38,742 bases of DNA from an uncultured Candidatus Saccharibacteria bacterium (lineage in GTDB: Bacteria > Patescibacteriota > Minisyncoccia > Phycocordibacterales > UBA9973), in assembly GCA_964504455.1 (NCBI GenBank), contig CAZDDY010000003.1, positions 1-38,742 on the forward strand. The letters run 5' to 3'. Positions 8,432 through 16,705 of the stretch are shown here, piece by piece. Made by a program: the position numbers and the translations under genes. Numbering within the stretch: the stretch's first letter is position 1; each line of letters starts with the position of its first letter. The notes below the pieces were generated by a model that was not told where the DNA came from, made no database searches, and saw only the letters and a program-made list of their open reading frames with translations.

Positions 8432-9742
8432 ATGGGTTTTTCTTTAATTAAAAAAAATGTAAAAAAAATTTTGCCTGAAAATATACTTATACAGTACCAT
8501 CGTACGATCGCATGGTTTTCGGCCTTGTATTATGGATTTCCAAGTAAAAAAATGATTATTATTGGAGTAACTGGTACAAAAGGAAAAACAACAACAATAA
8601 ACTATATTGGCAAAATTTTGGATGAAGCTAAAATCCAGAATGCATTTTTAACATCAGCAAATAAAAAAATAGGGAACAAGGAATACTTAAATGACACACA
8701 TATGAGCATGCCAGGCAACGGTGCTATTCAACGTTTTTTAAAAAGCGCCCTCAAAAATGGCTGTACGCATGCAATTCTAGAAGTTACATCGGAAGGACTA
8801 AAACTAGCTCGTCATACTGGAATTGATTTTGATATTGCTATTTTTACAAATCTCAGCCCTGAGCACTTACCTTCACACAAAGGAAGCTTTGCAGAATACA
8901 AAAAAGCAAAAGGGTTATTGTTTGGTTCACTAAGAAAAAATGATAAAAAAATTAAGAATCTTCCGAAAACAACTATTATTACAAACGATGATAGTAGTGA
9001 CAGTGAGTACTTTAAATCATTTAGCGCACAAGAATATATTTCTTTTGGATTACATTCTGGCACTGTGCAAGCTCGTATACTCGAAAGCACACTTCTTGGT
9101 ACAACATTTAAAGTTGGTGATGAAACCTACAAAACATCACTTCCAGGAAGTTTTGTTGTATACAATGCGCTTGCAGCTTTGTGTGTAGCAAAAGCACTTT
9201 CTTTGTCTATAGAACTCTTAAAAAATGCACTCGAAAAAGTAACCCACATACCTGGCCGGATGGAAATTATTGTAACTGAGCCTTTTGTTGTCATTGTGGA
9301 TTACGCTCACGAAAAATTAAGCATGGAATCAATTTTGGAAAGCGCAAAAACATTTGTGCAGTCTTCTGGAAAAATATTAGTGCTTTTTGGTGCTCAAGGC
9401 GGAGGACGAGACAAAGATAAAAGAAAATATATGGGTACAGCATCTGGAAAAATGGCTGATATAGTTATCCTGACTGCTGATGACTCATATGAAGAAAAAA
9501 CTGAAGACATTATTAATGATATTGTCCCTTTTGTTCTACAGGAAGGAAAAATTATGAATCAAAGTGTCTTTTGTATTCCAGACAGAGAAGAAGCAATCAA
9601 AAAAGCATTTGATATTGCAAAGAGAGGGGATGTCGTAATCCTGGCTGGAAAGGGAGCTGAGCAACAAATATATATTAACGGTAGAAGCATTCCATGGGAT
9701 GATAGGAAAGTAGCAAAAAAGTATTTGAACATCCATGATTGA
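8432..9742 (+). CDS. murE: Mur ligase family protein, MurE-like (UDP-MurNAc-L-Ala-D-Glu:diamino-acid ligase), short N-terminus
   Basis: P-loop GVTGTKGKTTT, a central Mur ligase domain, C-terminal DYAHEK and GAQGGGRDKDKR. It sits in front of mraY. The usual DNPR position reads DDSY. Confidence 0.7.
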   Translation: MGFSLIKKNVKKILPENILIQYHRTIAWFSALYYGFPSKKMIIIGVTGTKGKTTTINYIGKILDEAKIQNAFLTSANKKIGNKEYLNDTHMSMPGNGAIQRFLKSALKNGCTHAILEVTSEGLKLARHTGIDFDIAIFTNLSPEHLPSHKGSFAEYKKAKGLLFGSLRKNDKKIKNLPKTTIITNDDSSDSEYFKSFSAQEYISFGLHSGTVQARILESTLLGTTFKVGDETYKTSLPGSFVVYNALAALCVAKALSLSIELLKNALEKVTHIPGRMEIIVTEPFVVIVDYAHEKLSMESILESAKTFVQSSGKILVLFGAQGGGRDKDKRKYMGTASGKMADIVILTADDSYEEKTEDIINDIVPFVLQEGKIMNQSVFCIPDREEAIKKAFDIAKRGDVVILAGKGAEQQIYINGRSIPWDDRKVAKKYLNIHD

Positions 9743-10781
9743 TAATGTACTAAAAATTTTATTACCTGGATTAGTTAGCTTGATTATAGGGTTTGCAATC
9801 ACGCCCACTATTTCAGATTTTTTGTATAGTAAAAAACTCTGGAAGAAAAAAAGTGTAGACAAGTCACTCAGTGGTGAAAATGCCGTAATATCACAAAAGC
9901 TTCACAACGACACTGAAAGAAGAGTACCAAGAATGGGTGGTAGTGTCGTTTGGGCAAGTGTGATCATAACTTCTGGTATTTTCGTACTTTTAAGTTTTGT
10001 TTCTGGGTACAGTGAGATTGATTTTATTTCTAGGGCACAAACATGGCTTCCAATTTTTCTTTTTGTTGCAGGAGCACTTATTGGTCTTGTTGATGATTAT
10101 TTAGTGACGAAGGATCAAGGCGGTTATGTAGGTGGCGGACTTTCTCTTTCCTCAAGATTGCTCGCAATATTTGCCTTAAGTATCGTTTCTGGGTGGTGGT
10201 TTACCTACAAACTGGGAATTGTCACGTTGTACATCCCGTTCTTTGGTGAAATATATATTGGAGCCCTCCTTATAATTTTGTGTGTCATTCTAATGATTTT
10301 GACATATGCAGGAGGAATTATTGATGGCATTGATGGATTAGCTGGTGGCATGTTTGCCATCATGTATGTCGCATACGCTATTATTGCTTTTGCACAAAAT
10401 CAGTATGACTTATCTGCTTTTTGTATGGCAATCGTTGGGGCATTACTTTCATTTCTCTGGTTTAATATTCCACCAGCCAGATTTTATCTTTCAGAAACGG
10501 GGACTATGGCACTCACCATCACACTTGTCGTTGTTGCCTTTCTTACAAACACTCTTATTGTGCTCTTAATTATTACATTACCGCTTATCATTACTGCGAG
10601 TTCAAGCCTTATTCAGATACTCTCTAAAAAATATAGAAACGGGAAAAAGGTGTTTATTGTTGCACCTCTTCACAATCATTTCCAAGCAATAGGGTGGCCA
10701 TCATACAAAGTCACGATGCGGTATTGGATTGTCGGTATGTTTTGCGCTATGGTCGGCGTTATCATAGCTTTAGTTGGTTAA
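9735..10781 (+). CDS. mraY: Phospho-N-acetylmuramoyl-pentapeptide transferase
   Basis: Polytopic membrane protein with the DD motif (LVDDY), NxxNxxDGxDGL-like IIDGIDGLAGG and APLHNHF (conserved HHH-region equivalent). Confidence 0.9.
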   Translation: MIDNVLKILLPGLVSLIIGFAITPTISDFLYSKKLWKKKSVDKSLSGENAVISQKLHNDTERRVPRMGGSVVWASVIITSGIFVLLSFVSGYSEIDFISRAQTWLPIFLFVAGALIGLVDDYLVTKDQGGYVGGGLSLSSRLLAIFALSIVSGWWFTYKLGIVTLYIPFFGEIYIGALLIILCVILMILTYAGGIIDGIDGLAGGMFAIMYVAYAIIAFAQNQYDLSAFCMAIVGALLSFLWFNIPPARFYLSETGTMALTITLVVVAFLTNTLIVLLIITLPLIITASSSLIQILSKKYRNGKKVFIVAPLHNHFQAIGWPSYKVTMRYWIVGMFCAMVGVIIALVG

Positions 10782-10782
10782 C

Positions 10783-11898
10783 ATGAACTCAAAAACAAAA
10801 CCTGTCGATAAAACATTTCTTACTATTGTCATTATTCTTGTTGTTTTGGGGATTGCAATGTTTTTTTCCGCCTCACTGGGAGTCCTTGCAAGAAGTGAAG
10901 AAACATTTTATGCAATCCTCATCAATCAACTTGTATTAGGACTTGTTGGAGGATTTATTTTGTTTGCACTAGCTTTGAAAGTACCGTATCTTTTTTGGAG
11001 AAAACATGCGTTTTATATTTTCGTCGGCTCGTTACTTATTATGCCTTTGGTGTTTATTCCTGGACTTGGTCTAAGCCATGGCGGAGCAAGTAGATGGATA
11101 AATCTAGGAGTGGTTTCTTTTCAACCAGTGGAAATTTTGAAGATAGCATATATTATTTATCTGTCTGCTTGGCTTTCTTGGGTTAAACAAAAAATTGAAG
11201 ATTTTCGTTTCGGTATTTTGCCACTAATTATTATTTTGACTATCATAGCAGGTCTACTGTTTCTTCAACCTGATACAAAAAGTTTCATTCTCATGCTTAT
11301 TGCCGGTGGATGTATGCTTTTTGTTTCGGGTGTTCCAATGAAATATTTTGTTGCCCTTATTATTGCTGGTATTTTGGCATTAGGCATACTTGGATTTACC
11401 ACACCATACGTAAAAAATCGTATACAAACATTTGTTAACCCAACACATGATGTTCAGGGATCTTCATACCAACTTCAGCAATCACTTATTGCATTTGGTT
11501 CGGGAGGACTTTTTGGAAGGGGATTTGGTCAAAGTGTTCAAAAGTTTGGGTATCTTCCTGAGCCACACGGTGATTCGATCTTCGCAGTGATTGGTGAGGA
11601 ATTTGGTTTTCTTGGAACAACAGTTTTTTTAGTTTTGTATGTTTTATTTGCACTCCGAGGATTAAGAATCGCTTATAGAGCGCCAGATCAATTTAGTAGA
11701 CTTCTCGTTGCAGGCATTGTTATACTTTTAACATGTCAGGCATTTCTTAATATTGCATCACTGACTGGATTGTTTCCTTTGACAGGTGTTCCGCTTGTTT
11801 TTGTAAGCCAAGGTGGCACCTCGTTATTATTCTCGTTGTTTGCTGTCGGCATTGTTTTAAATATTTCAAGATATCAAAAAAATCAAAAAATAGTATGA
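10783..11898 (+). CDS. ftsW: SEDS-family peptidoglycan polymerase FtsW/RodA
   Basis: About ten TM helices, with the motifs FQPVEILKI, LQPDTKS, PEPHGDSIFAVIGEEFGF and LFPLTGVPLVFVSQGGTS. The track start at 10774 is a TTG inside the mraY end, so the ATG at 10783 is preferred. Confidence 0.85.
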   Translation: MNSKTKPVDKTFLTIVIILVVLGIAMFFSASLGVLARSEETFYAILINQLVLGLVGGFILFALALKVPYLFWRKHAFYIFVGSLLIMPLVFIPGLGLSHGGASRWINLGVVSFQPVEILKIAYIIYLSAWLSWVKQKIEDFRFGILPLIIILTIIAGLLFLQPDTKSFILMLIAGGCMLFVSGVPMKYFVALIIAGILALGILGFTTPYVKNRIQTFVNPTHDVQGSSYQLQQSLIAFGSGGLFGRGFGQSVQKFGYLPEPHGDSIFAVIGEEFGFLGTTVFLVLYVLFALRGLRIAYRAPDQFSRLLVAGIVILLTCQAFLNIASLTGLFPLTGVPLVFVSQGGTSLLFSLFAVGIVLNISRYQKNQKIV

Positions 11899-13022
11899 AA
11901 ATAGTATTTACAGGAGGGGGTACAGGTGGACACTTTTTTCCGCTCATCGCGGTTGCAGAAGGAGTGCATGAAATTATTGACGAGGAAAGGATTCTTGATA
12001 TAAAACTCTACTTTATGTCTGAGTCTCCGTACGATAAAAAAGCCCTTTTTGACAACCAAATAACTTTTGTACAAGTCCCTTCTGGAAAGCTACGCAGATA
12101 CTTCTCGTTTAAGAATGTAATGGATATGATTCCACTTGCCGTTGGTTGTATTGTAGCTTTAGTAAAACTTTTTATTATTTACCCAGACGTCATTTTTTCT
12201 AAAGGGGGATATGCATCGGTACCGGTTTTATTTGCTGCTCGAATCTTAAAAATACCTGTCATTATTCATGAGTCAGATTCAGTTCCAGGAAGAGCAAATC
12301 TTTGGGCAGCAAAATTTGCGAAAAGAATTGCACTTTGTTACGACGAAGCTGGGAAGTATTTTCCTAAAGATAAAATTGCTGTTACAGGTCTCCCAATACG
12401 AAAAGATATGCTTGAGAAAGCAGGAGAGGGTTCACGTGAATTTTTTGGTCTCCAAAAAGATATACCGACACTTTTTATCATTGGAGGATCACTTGGAGCT
12501 GAGGCAATTAATAATGTGATTGTTGATGCGTTAAAAGATTTGGTGGAAAAATATCAAATCATTCACCAAACAGGAAGAGCAAATTTTGATGATGTATCTG
12601 GAAGAGCGGGTATTGTATTGAAAGATTCGCCTCACAAAGCAAGATACAAACCAATTGACCTTCTTAACCCACTTCAAATGAAAATGGCAGCGGGCGCTGC
12701 GACAATTATTATTACAAGAGCTGGCTCAACACTTTTCGAAATTGCGAATTGGGGAGTGCCTGCAATTATTGTACCGATACCTGAGAGCGTAAGTCACGAC
12801 CAACGAACGAACGCTTTTTCCTATGGAAAATTTGGTGGTGCACAAATAATTGAGGAGGGGAATTTTACTCCATCAATACTTTTAGGAGAAGTGGATCGCC
12901 TTGTAAGCCACCCAGAACTTTTAGAAAAAATGTCCAAAAGTGCAAAGCAAGCATCTCGGCCGGATGCATCAAAAGTTATTGCAAAAGCGCTTGTGCAAAT
13001 TGTCTTAGATCACCAAAAATAA
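11895..13022 (+). CDS. murG: UDP-GlcNAc:lipid I GlcNAc transferase MurG
   Basis: MKIVFTGGGTGGHFFP N-terminus, ...ITRAGSTLFEI..., GT28 family. ATGA overlap with the ftsW stop. Confidence 0.9.
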   Translation: MKIVFTGGGTGGHFFPLIAVAEGVHEIIDEERILDIKLYFMSESPYDKKALFDNQITFVQVPSGKLRRYFSFKNVMDMIPLAVGCIVALVKLFIIYPDVIFSKGGYASVPVLFAARILKIPVIIHESDSVPGRANLWAAKFAKRIALCYDEAGKYFPKDKIAVTGLPIRKDMLEKAGEGSREFFGLQKDIPTLFIIGGSLGAEAINNVIVDALKDLVEKYQIIHQTGRANFDDVSGRAGIVLKDSPHKARYKPIDLLNPLQMKMAAGAATIIITRAGSTLFEIANWGVPAIIVPIPESVSHDQRTNAFSYGKFGGAQIIEEGNFTPSILLGEVDRLVSHPELLEKMSKSAKQASRPDASKVIAKALVQIVLDHQK

Positions 13023-13024
13023 AA

Positions 13025-13067
13025 GGCAGCCCTGTCTTACGACGGTCTGCCTGTCAATCTTTTTTTG
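13025..13067. terminator. Hairpin plus T-run between the convergent murG and the 179-aa ORF
   Basis: ggcag...ctgcc stem with an inner gtc/gac pair and loop ttac, followed by tcttttttt. The stem is imperfect. Confidence 0.45.
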
Positions 13068-13070
13068 TTT

Positions 13071-13610
13071 TTAGTCACCATACACATGTGCTTGTGCAAA
13101 GTTGTGGCCTACTTTGACAATCCTAATGTAATCATTTTTCTGCTCGGGCATTGCATCAATAAAGATAATCATGCCTCTGCTTTTGTATAAAGGATTGGTA
13201 ACGATTGTCCACTGCTCCTTAGTTTCTGAATACGTAATGATGCAGTAGTAACCACCCTTTTCACTGGGCCAGAAAGCAAATTTTGCATTTTCATCTATCG
13301 GAAAAATATTTTCCCCGACAAAAGGCCTGGGTGCTTTCATTTCTGTTAACTGGCCCACCGCATACCCAATTCCTTTTTTAATTATTTTTATTTGCTGTCT
13401 CGGTTGTGGCTTTACACCAAGAAAAACAATGTAGCCATCACTTGCGTAATTTTCGTCTGTAACGGCTTCCATTCTATCTTTTTCGTAGTTGTAAACCAGT
13501 TTTGTAAAAAAACCCCCTCTTCTTGCCGGCCAAGTGGCTATCGGTTTCTTAAAATCATTTGGTTCAATGAGAGAGCCTGTTGTCATGTTTGGCCCCAAAA
13601 TAACAGTCAT
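13071..13610 (-). CDS. Hypothetical protein with an internal tandem duplication (two repeats of about 70 aa)
   Basis: Repeat A ...ATWPARRGGFFTKLVYNYEKDRMEAVTDENYASDGYIVFLGVKPQPRQQIKIIKKGIGYA aligns by eye with repeat B ...FAFWPSEKGGYYCIITYSETKEQWTIVTNPLYKSRGMIIFIDAMPEQKNDYIRIVKVGHNFA. Confidence 0.55.
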   Translation of the reverse strand: MTVILGPNMTTGSLIEPNDFKKPIATWPARRGGFFTKLVYNYEKDRMEAVTDENYASDGYIVFLGVKPQPRQQIKIIKKGIGYAVGQLTEMKAPRPFVGENIFPIDENAKFAFWPSEKGGYYCIITYSETKEQWTIVTNPLYKSRGMIIFIDAMPEQKNDYIRIVKVGHNFAQAHVYGD

Positions 13611-13708
13611 GGTCAGTCATTTTTAGGTTTATCAAATAAATATATCTATAGAATTATACTATTAAATTAGTTCTATGTCAATTACTTTAAATTAAGTCAG
13701 AAAAAAGC

Positions 13709-13714
13709 TATATT
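13709..13714 (+). promoter_or_regulatory. -10 box TATATT, 6 nt upstream of the gltX ATG
   Basis: TATATT at 13709-13714, ttacaa, then ATG at 13721. Confidence 0.4.
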
Positions 13715-13720
13715 TTACAA

Positions 13721-15160
13721 ATGGATTCTAAAAAAGTAGTTACGAGGTTTGCACCAAGCCCAACCGGATATATGCACATAGGAGGAGTACGAACTGCTAT
13801 TTTTGCGTGGGCCTATGCACGAAAACACGCTGGAACATTTATTCTTCGAATCGAAGACACTGACAAGGCACGAGAAGTAGAAGGCTCAATGGAGCATATT
13901 ATTGAATCCTTGAAGTGGCTAGGTATTGAATGGGATGAGGGTCCAGACATCGGTGGACCACATGCACCGTATTTGCAATCACAAAGACTCGATTCATATA
14001 AAAAGTATGCACAAGTTTTAATTGATAAGGGACTTGCATATGCTGATCCATATACAGAAGAAGAAGTTGAAGCTTTCCGAAAAAAATCTGAAGAAAGTAA
14101 AAAGCCATTTCTTTACCGAGAATATAGACCAGAAAATCCACCAACTTGGGATGGTACCAAGCCACTTAGGTTTAAAGTAACAAATGTAAAAACATACGAG
14201 TGGGAAGATGCTGTTCGTGGGAAACTCTCTGCAGGACCTGAAGCGCTCGATGATTTTGTGCTTATAAAAAGTGATGGCTATCCAACATACAATTTTGCAC
14301 ACATTATCGATGATTTAGAAATGGATGTGACGCATATTATGCGCTCAGATGAATTTATTTCTTCAACTCCTAAATTCCTTGCATTGTATGAGGCTTTAGA
14401 AATTACACCTCCAGTATTTGCAACTCTTCCTCCTATAATGGCAGAAGATGGTAAAAAGAAGTTGGGAAAACGTGATGGAGCAAAAGACATTTTGGAATAC
14501 AGAGATGAGGGTTATTTACCTGAAGCAATGTTAAATTTTCTTGCATATATTGGCTGGAATCCTGGGGATGAAAGAGAAATACTTTCTACACAGGAATTCA
14601 TTGAAGTTTTTGACTTAGGTAAAGTACAACGCAGTGGAGGTAAGTACAATACTGAAAAACTAGACTGGATAAATAGAGAACATATCAAAAAACTATCTCA
14701 GGAAGATTTTTTAACTCATATTAAAAAATACACAAAGGGTTTACTTGAGGACAGTCTGCAGAACGACGAAATACTAGGAAAAATAGAAAAAATTTTACGA
14801 GATCATATTACAAAATTCTCTGATATAAAAACCATGCTTGAGAATGGTGAATTAGATTACTTTTTCAAAGCACCTGAAATTATAAAAGAAAAACTTGTCT
14901 GGAAAGAAACAAGTTTGGAGAATACTCTTTTGTATATTAAAGAAACTAAGGACGCTTTGGTTTCGCTAAATAATTGGTCTCTTGAAGAAATTAAGAACAC
15001 CGTCTGGCCATTGACTGAAAAGTATGGAAAAGGAGAGGTTCTATGGCCATTTAGGGTCGCACTAACCGGCAAAGAGAAGTCTCCAGACCCGTTTACTGTT
15101 TCCTCTGTCCTGGGGAAAGAAGAAACACTCAAAAGGCTTGAATTAGTGTACAATGTATAG
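13721..15160 (+). CDS. gltX: Glutamate--tRNA ligase
   Basis: RFAPSPTGYMHIGGVRTA (HIGH region), KLGKR (KMSKS equivalent) and the typical GluRS catalytic core. Confidence 0.92.
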   Translation: MDSKKVVTRFAPSPTGYMHIGGVRTAIFAWAYARKHAGTFILRIEDTDKAREVEGSMEHIIESLKWLGIEWDEGPDIGGPHAPYLQSQRLDSYKKYAQVLIDKGLAYADPYTEEEVEAFRKKSEESKKPFLYREYRPENPPTWDGTKPLRFKVTNVKTYEWEDAVRGKLSAGPEALDDFVLIKSDGYPTYNFAHIIDDLEMDVTHIMRSDEFISSTPKFLALYEALEITPPVFATLPPIMAEDGKKKLGKRDGAKDILEYRDEGYLPEAMLNFLAYIGWNPGDEREILSTQEFIEVFDLGKVQRSGGKYNTEKLDWINREHIKKLSQEDFLTHIKKYTKGLLEDSLQNDEILGKIEKILRDHITKFSDIKTMLENGELDYFFKAPEIIKEKLVWKETSLENTLLYIKETKDALVSLNNWSLEEIKNTVWPLTEKYGKGEVLWPFRVALTGKEKSPDPFTVSSVLGKEETLKRLELVYNV

Positions 15161-15203
15161 GTCAGGTACAGGTAACTATTATTACTAATAAATTAAGTAA
15201 ATT

Positions 15204-15461
15204 ATGCCAGCAAAAGCAAACTCAGCATTTATGAAGCCAATGACGATTAGCGCAGATTTGGCTCAAGTTGTCGGAAAAGGCCCAATGCCTCGATCAGAAG
15301 TGGTCAAAGCGCTTTGGGTATATATCAAGAAGCACAATCTTCAAGATGCTAAAAACAAGAGAAACATTAATGCAGATGAAAATCTAAAGAAAGTGTTTGG
15401 AGGGAAAGGAACAGTCAGTATGTTTGAGATGACAAAACTTGTCTCTAAGCATCTTTCATAA
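15204..15461 (+). CDS. SWIB/MDM2 domain protein (85 aa)
   Basis: LAQVVGKGPMPRSEVVKALWVYIKKHNLQDAKNKRNINADENLKKVFG...VSMFEMTKLVSKHL matches the SWIB fold pattern. Confidence 0.75.
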   Translation: MPAKANSAFMKPMTISADLAQVVGKGPMPRSEVVKALWVYIKKHNLQDAKNKRNINADENLKKVFGGKGTVSMFEMTKLVSKHLS

Positions 15462-15480
15462 TTTTTAAGAATTTGCGAAA

Positions 15481-15507
15481 AAAACGCCTCTTCAGGCGTT
15501 TTTTTTG
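15481..15507 (+). terminator. Intrinsic terminator after the SWIB gene
   Basis: aaaacgcct-cttc-aggcgtttt followed by a T-run. Confidence 0.8.
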
Positions 15508-15575
15508 TTTGACAACATTAATTTTAATGGTTACTGTTACGCATGAATCTTCCTCTATAACCTAAAACTTAGAAA

Positions 15576-16250
15576 ATGGAAACAAATCAGTCCATCAAGG
15601 TTGCCATTGCGGACGACCACACACTTTTCAGGAATGGCCTGAAGGGTGAGCTTCAGAAACACCATGATATCAAGGTGGTTGCCGAAGCAGAAAACGGCAT
15701 GAGTCTTTTAAATCTTATCCGGCAGATACAGCCCGATGTTGTACTTTTAGATATTCAAATGCCGGTAATGGATGGCGAAACAACGCTGTCAGAAATAAAG
15801 AAGCGGTACCCACGCATCAAAGTGGTGATGCTCTCTTTGTATGATGACCACAGTGCGGTTTCAAAAATGATGGAACTGGGTGCCAGCTCTTACCTCACAA
15901 AAAGCATGAAGGCAGAAACAATATACGAAACGATAAAAGGTGTAGTTACAAATAAAGATGGCTTACACTTTAATGAGCTGATCGACAAATCACTCATTGA
16001 TGGGATCCGGACCAAACACACAAACGGAAATGGCACTGTTGATGTTCAGCTGAGTGATAAGGAAACTACTATCCTGAAACTCATGTGCGAGGAGAAAAGC
16101 ACAAAGGAGATTGCAGATATAGTAGAATTGTGTCCCATAACGGTTGAAGCAATCCTGGATAAAATGAAAACAAAAACTGGCACCAAATCAATGGCCGGCC
16201 TGATAATGTTTGCAGTAAAGGCCGGGCTCGTCGCTCATGAGCCTGTGTGA
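15576..16250 (+). CDS. Two-component response regulator, NarL/LuxR family (REC + HTH)
   Basis: REC residues are present: IADDH, the phospho-acceptor in VVLLDIQMPVMDG, MLSLY and YLTKS. The C-terminal LuxR HTH is LSDKETTILKLMCEEKSTKEIADIV...TVEAILDKMKTKTG. No histidine kinase lies in the window. Confidence 0.88.
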   Translation: METNQSIKVAIADDHTLFRNGLKGELQKHHDIKVVAEAENGMSLLNLIRQIQPDVVLLDIQMPVMDGETTLSEIKKRYPRIKVVMLSLYDDHSAVSKMMELGASSYLTKSMKAETIYETIKGVVTNKDGLHFNELIDKSLIDGIRTKHTNGNGTVDVQLSDKETTILKLMCEEKSTKEIADIVELCPITVEAILDKMKTKTGTKSMAGLIMFAVKAGLVAHEPV

Positions 16251-16275
16251 TCAAAAAAAACAAATTTCGGTATAT

Positions 16276-16306
16276 AATCCCGTGCTACATGTGCGGGATT
16301 TTTTAT
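16276..16306 (+). terminator. Intrinsic terminator after the response regulator
   Basis: aatcccg-tgctacatgtg-cgggatt followed by tttttatttg. Confidence 0.7.
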
Positions 16307-16495
16307 TTGTATTGCAAGTTACAAAATTGTTTATCTAAGTTTTTTGTAGTTGAGACCCTACAGAGACCAGTTTCGCTTTATCGGTCCTTACAGGACCAGT
16401 ACACCTTTTCAATCCCGACCCCATTGCGTCGGGATAATGAAAAGCTTTTCGATTCTCCGACGCGAGTAAAGCAGTTTACTCGCTTAGACTCACTC

Positions 16496-16526
16496 TACAA
16501 AAATAGCCCTGGAGTTATCCAGAGCT
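16496..16526 (-). terminator. Hairpin plus T-run downstream of tRNA-Glu
   Basis: On the minus strand: agctctgg-ataact-ccagggct (one mismatch), followed by atttttgt. Confidence 0.5.
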
Positions 16527-16540
16527 CATTTTTGTACGAG

Positions 16541-16612
16541 TGACCCTACGGAGAATCGAACTCCGATTACAGCCTTGAGAAGGCCGTGTCCTAACCGTTA
16601 GACGATAGGGCC
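16541..16612 (-). tRNA. tRNA-Glu (anticodon CUC), 72 nt, CCA not encoded
   Basis: Hand-folded cloverleaf: acceptor GGCCCTA/TAGGGTC, D stem GTCT/GGAC, anticodon stem CGGCC/GGCTG with loop TT-CTC-AA, and T arm CGGAG-TTCGATT-CTCCG. Discriminator is A. Confidence 0.85.
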
Positions 16613-16693
16613 AAGTGACTCATTTGTAACAAAAAAATGCTGTCTTTTCAAGATTTTTATTACGGTATATGATTTAGATGATATTGAAAATAT

Positions 16694-16699
16694 TAAAAT
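16694..16699 (+). promoter_or_regulatory. -10 box TAAAAT, 6 nt upstream of the ATG at 16706
   Basis: TAAAAT-actgtt-ATG. Confidence 0.35.
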
Positions 16700-16705
16700 A
16701 CTGTT

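Noticed and set aside
16247-16543. 98-aa ORF filling the response-regulator/tRNA-Glu spacer
   Set aside because: It runs through a terminator hairpin and several further hairpins and ends at the 3' end of the tRNA-Glu gene. It has no start context or recognisable protein features. I treat the region as non-coding.
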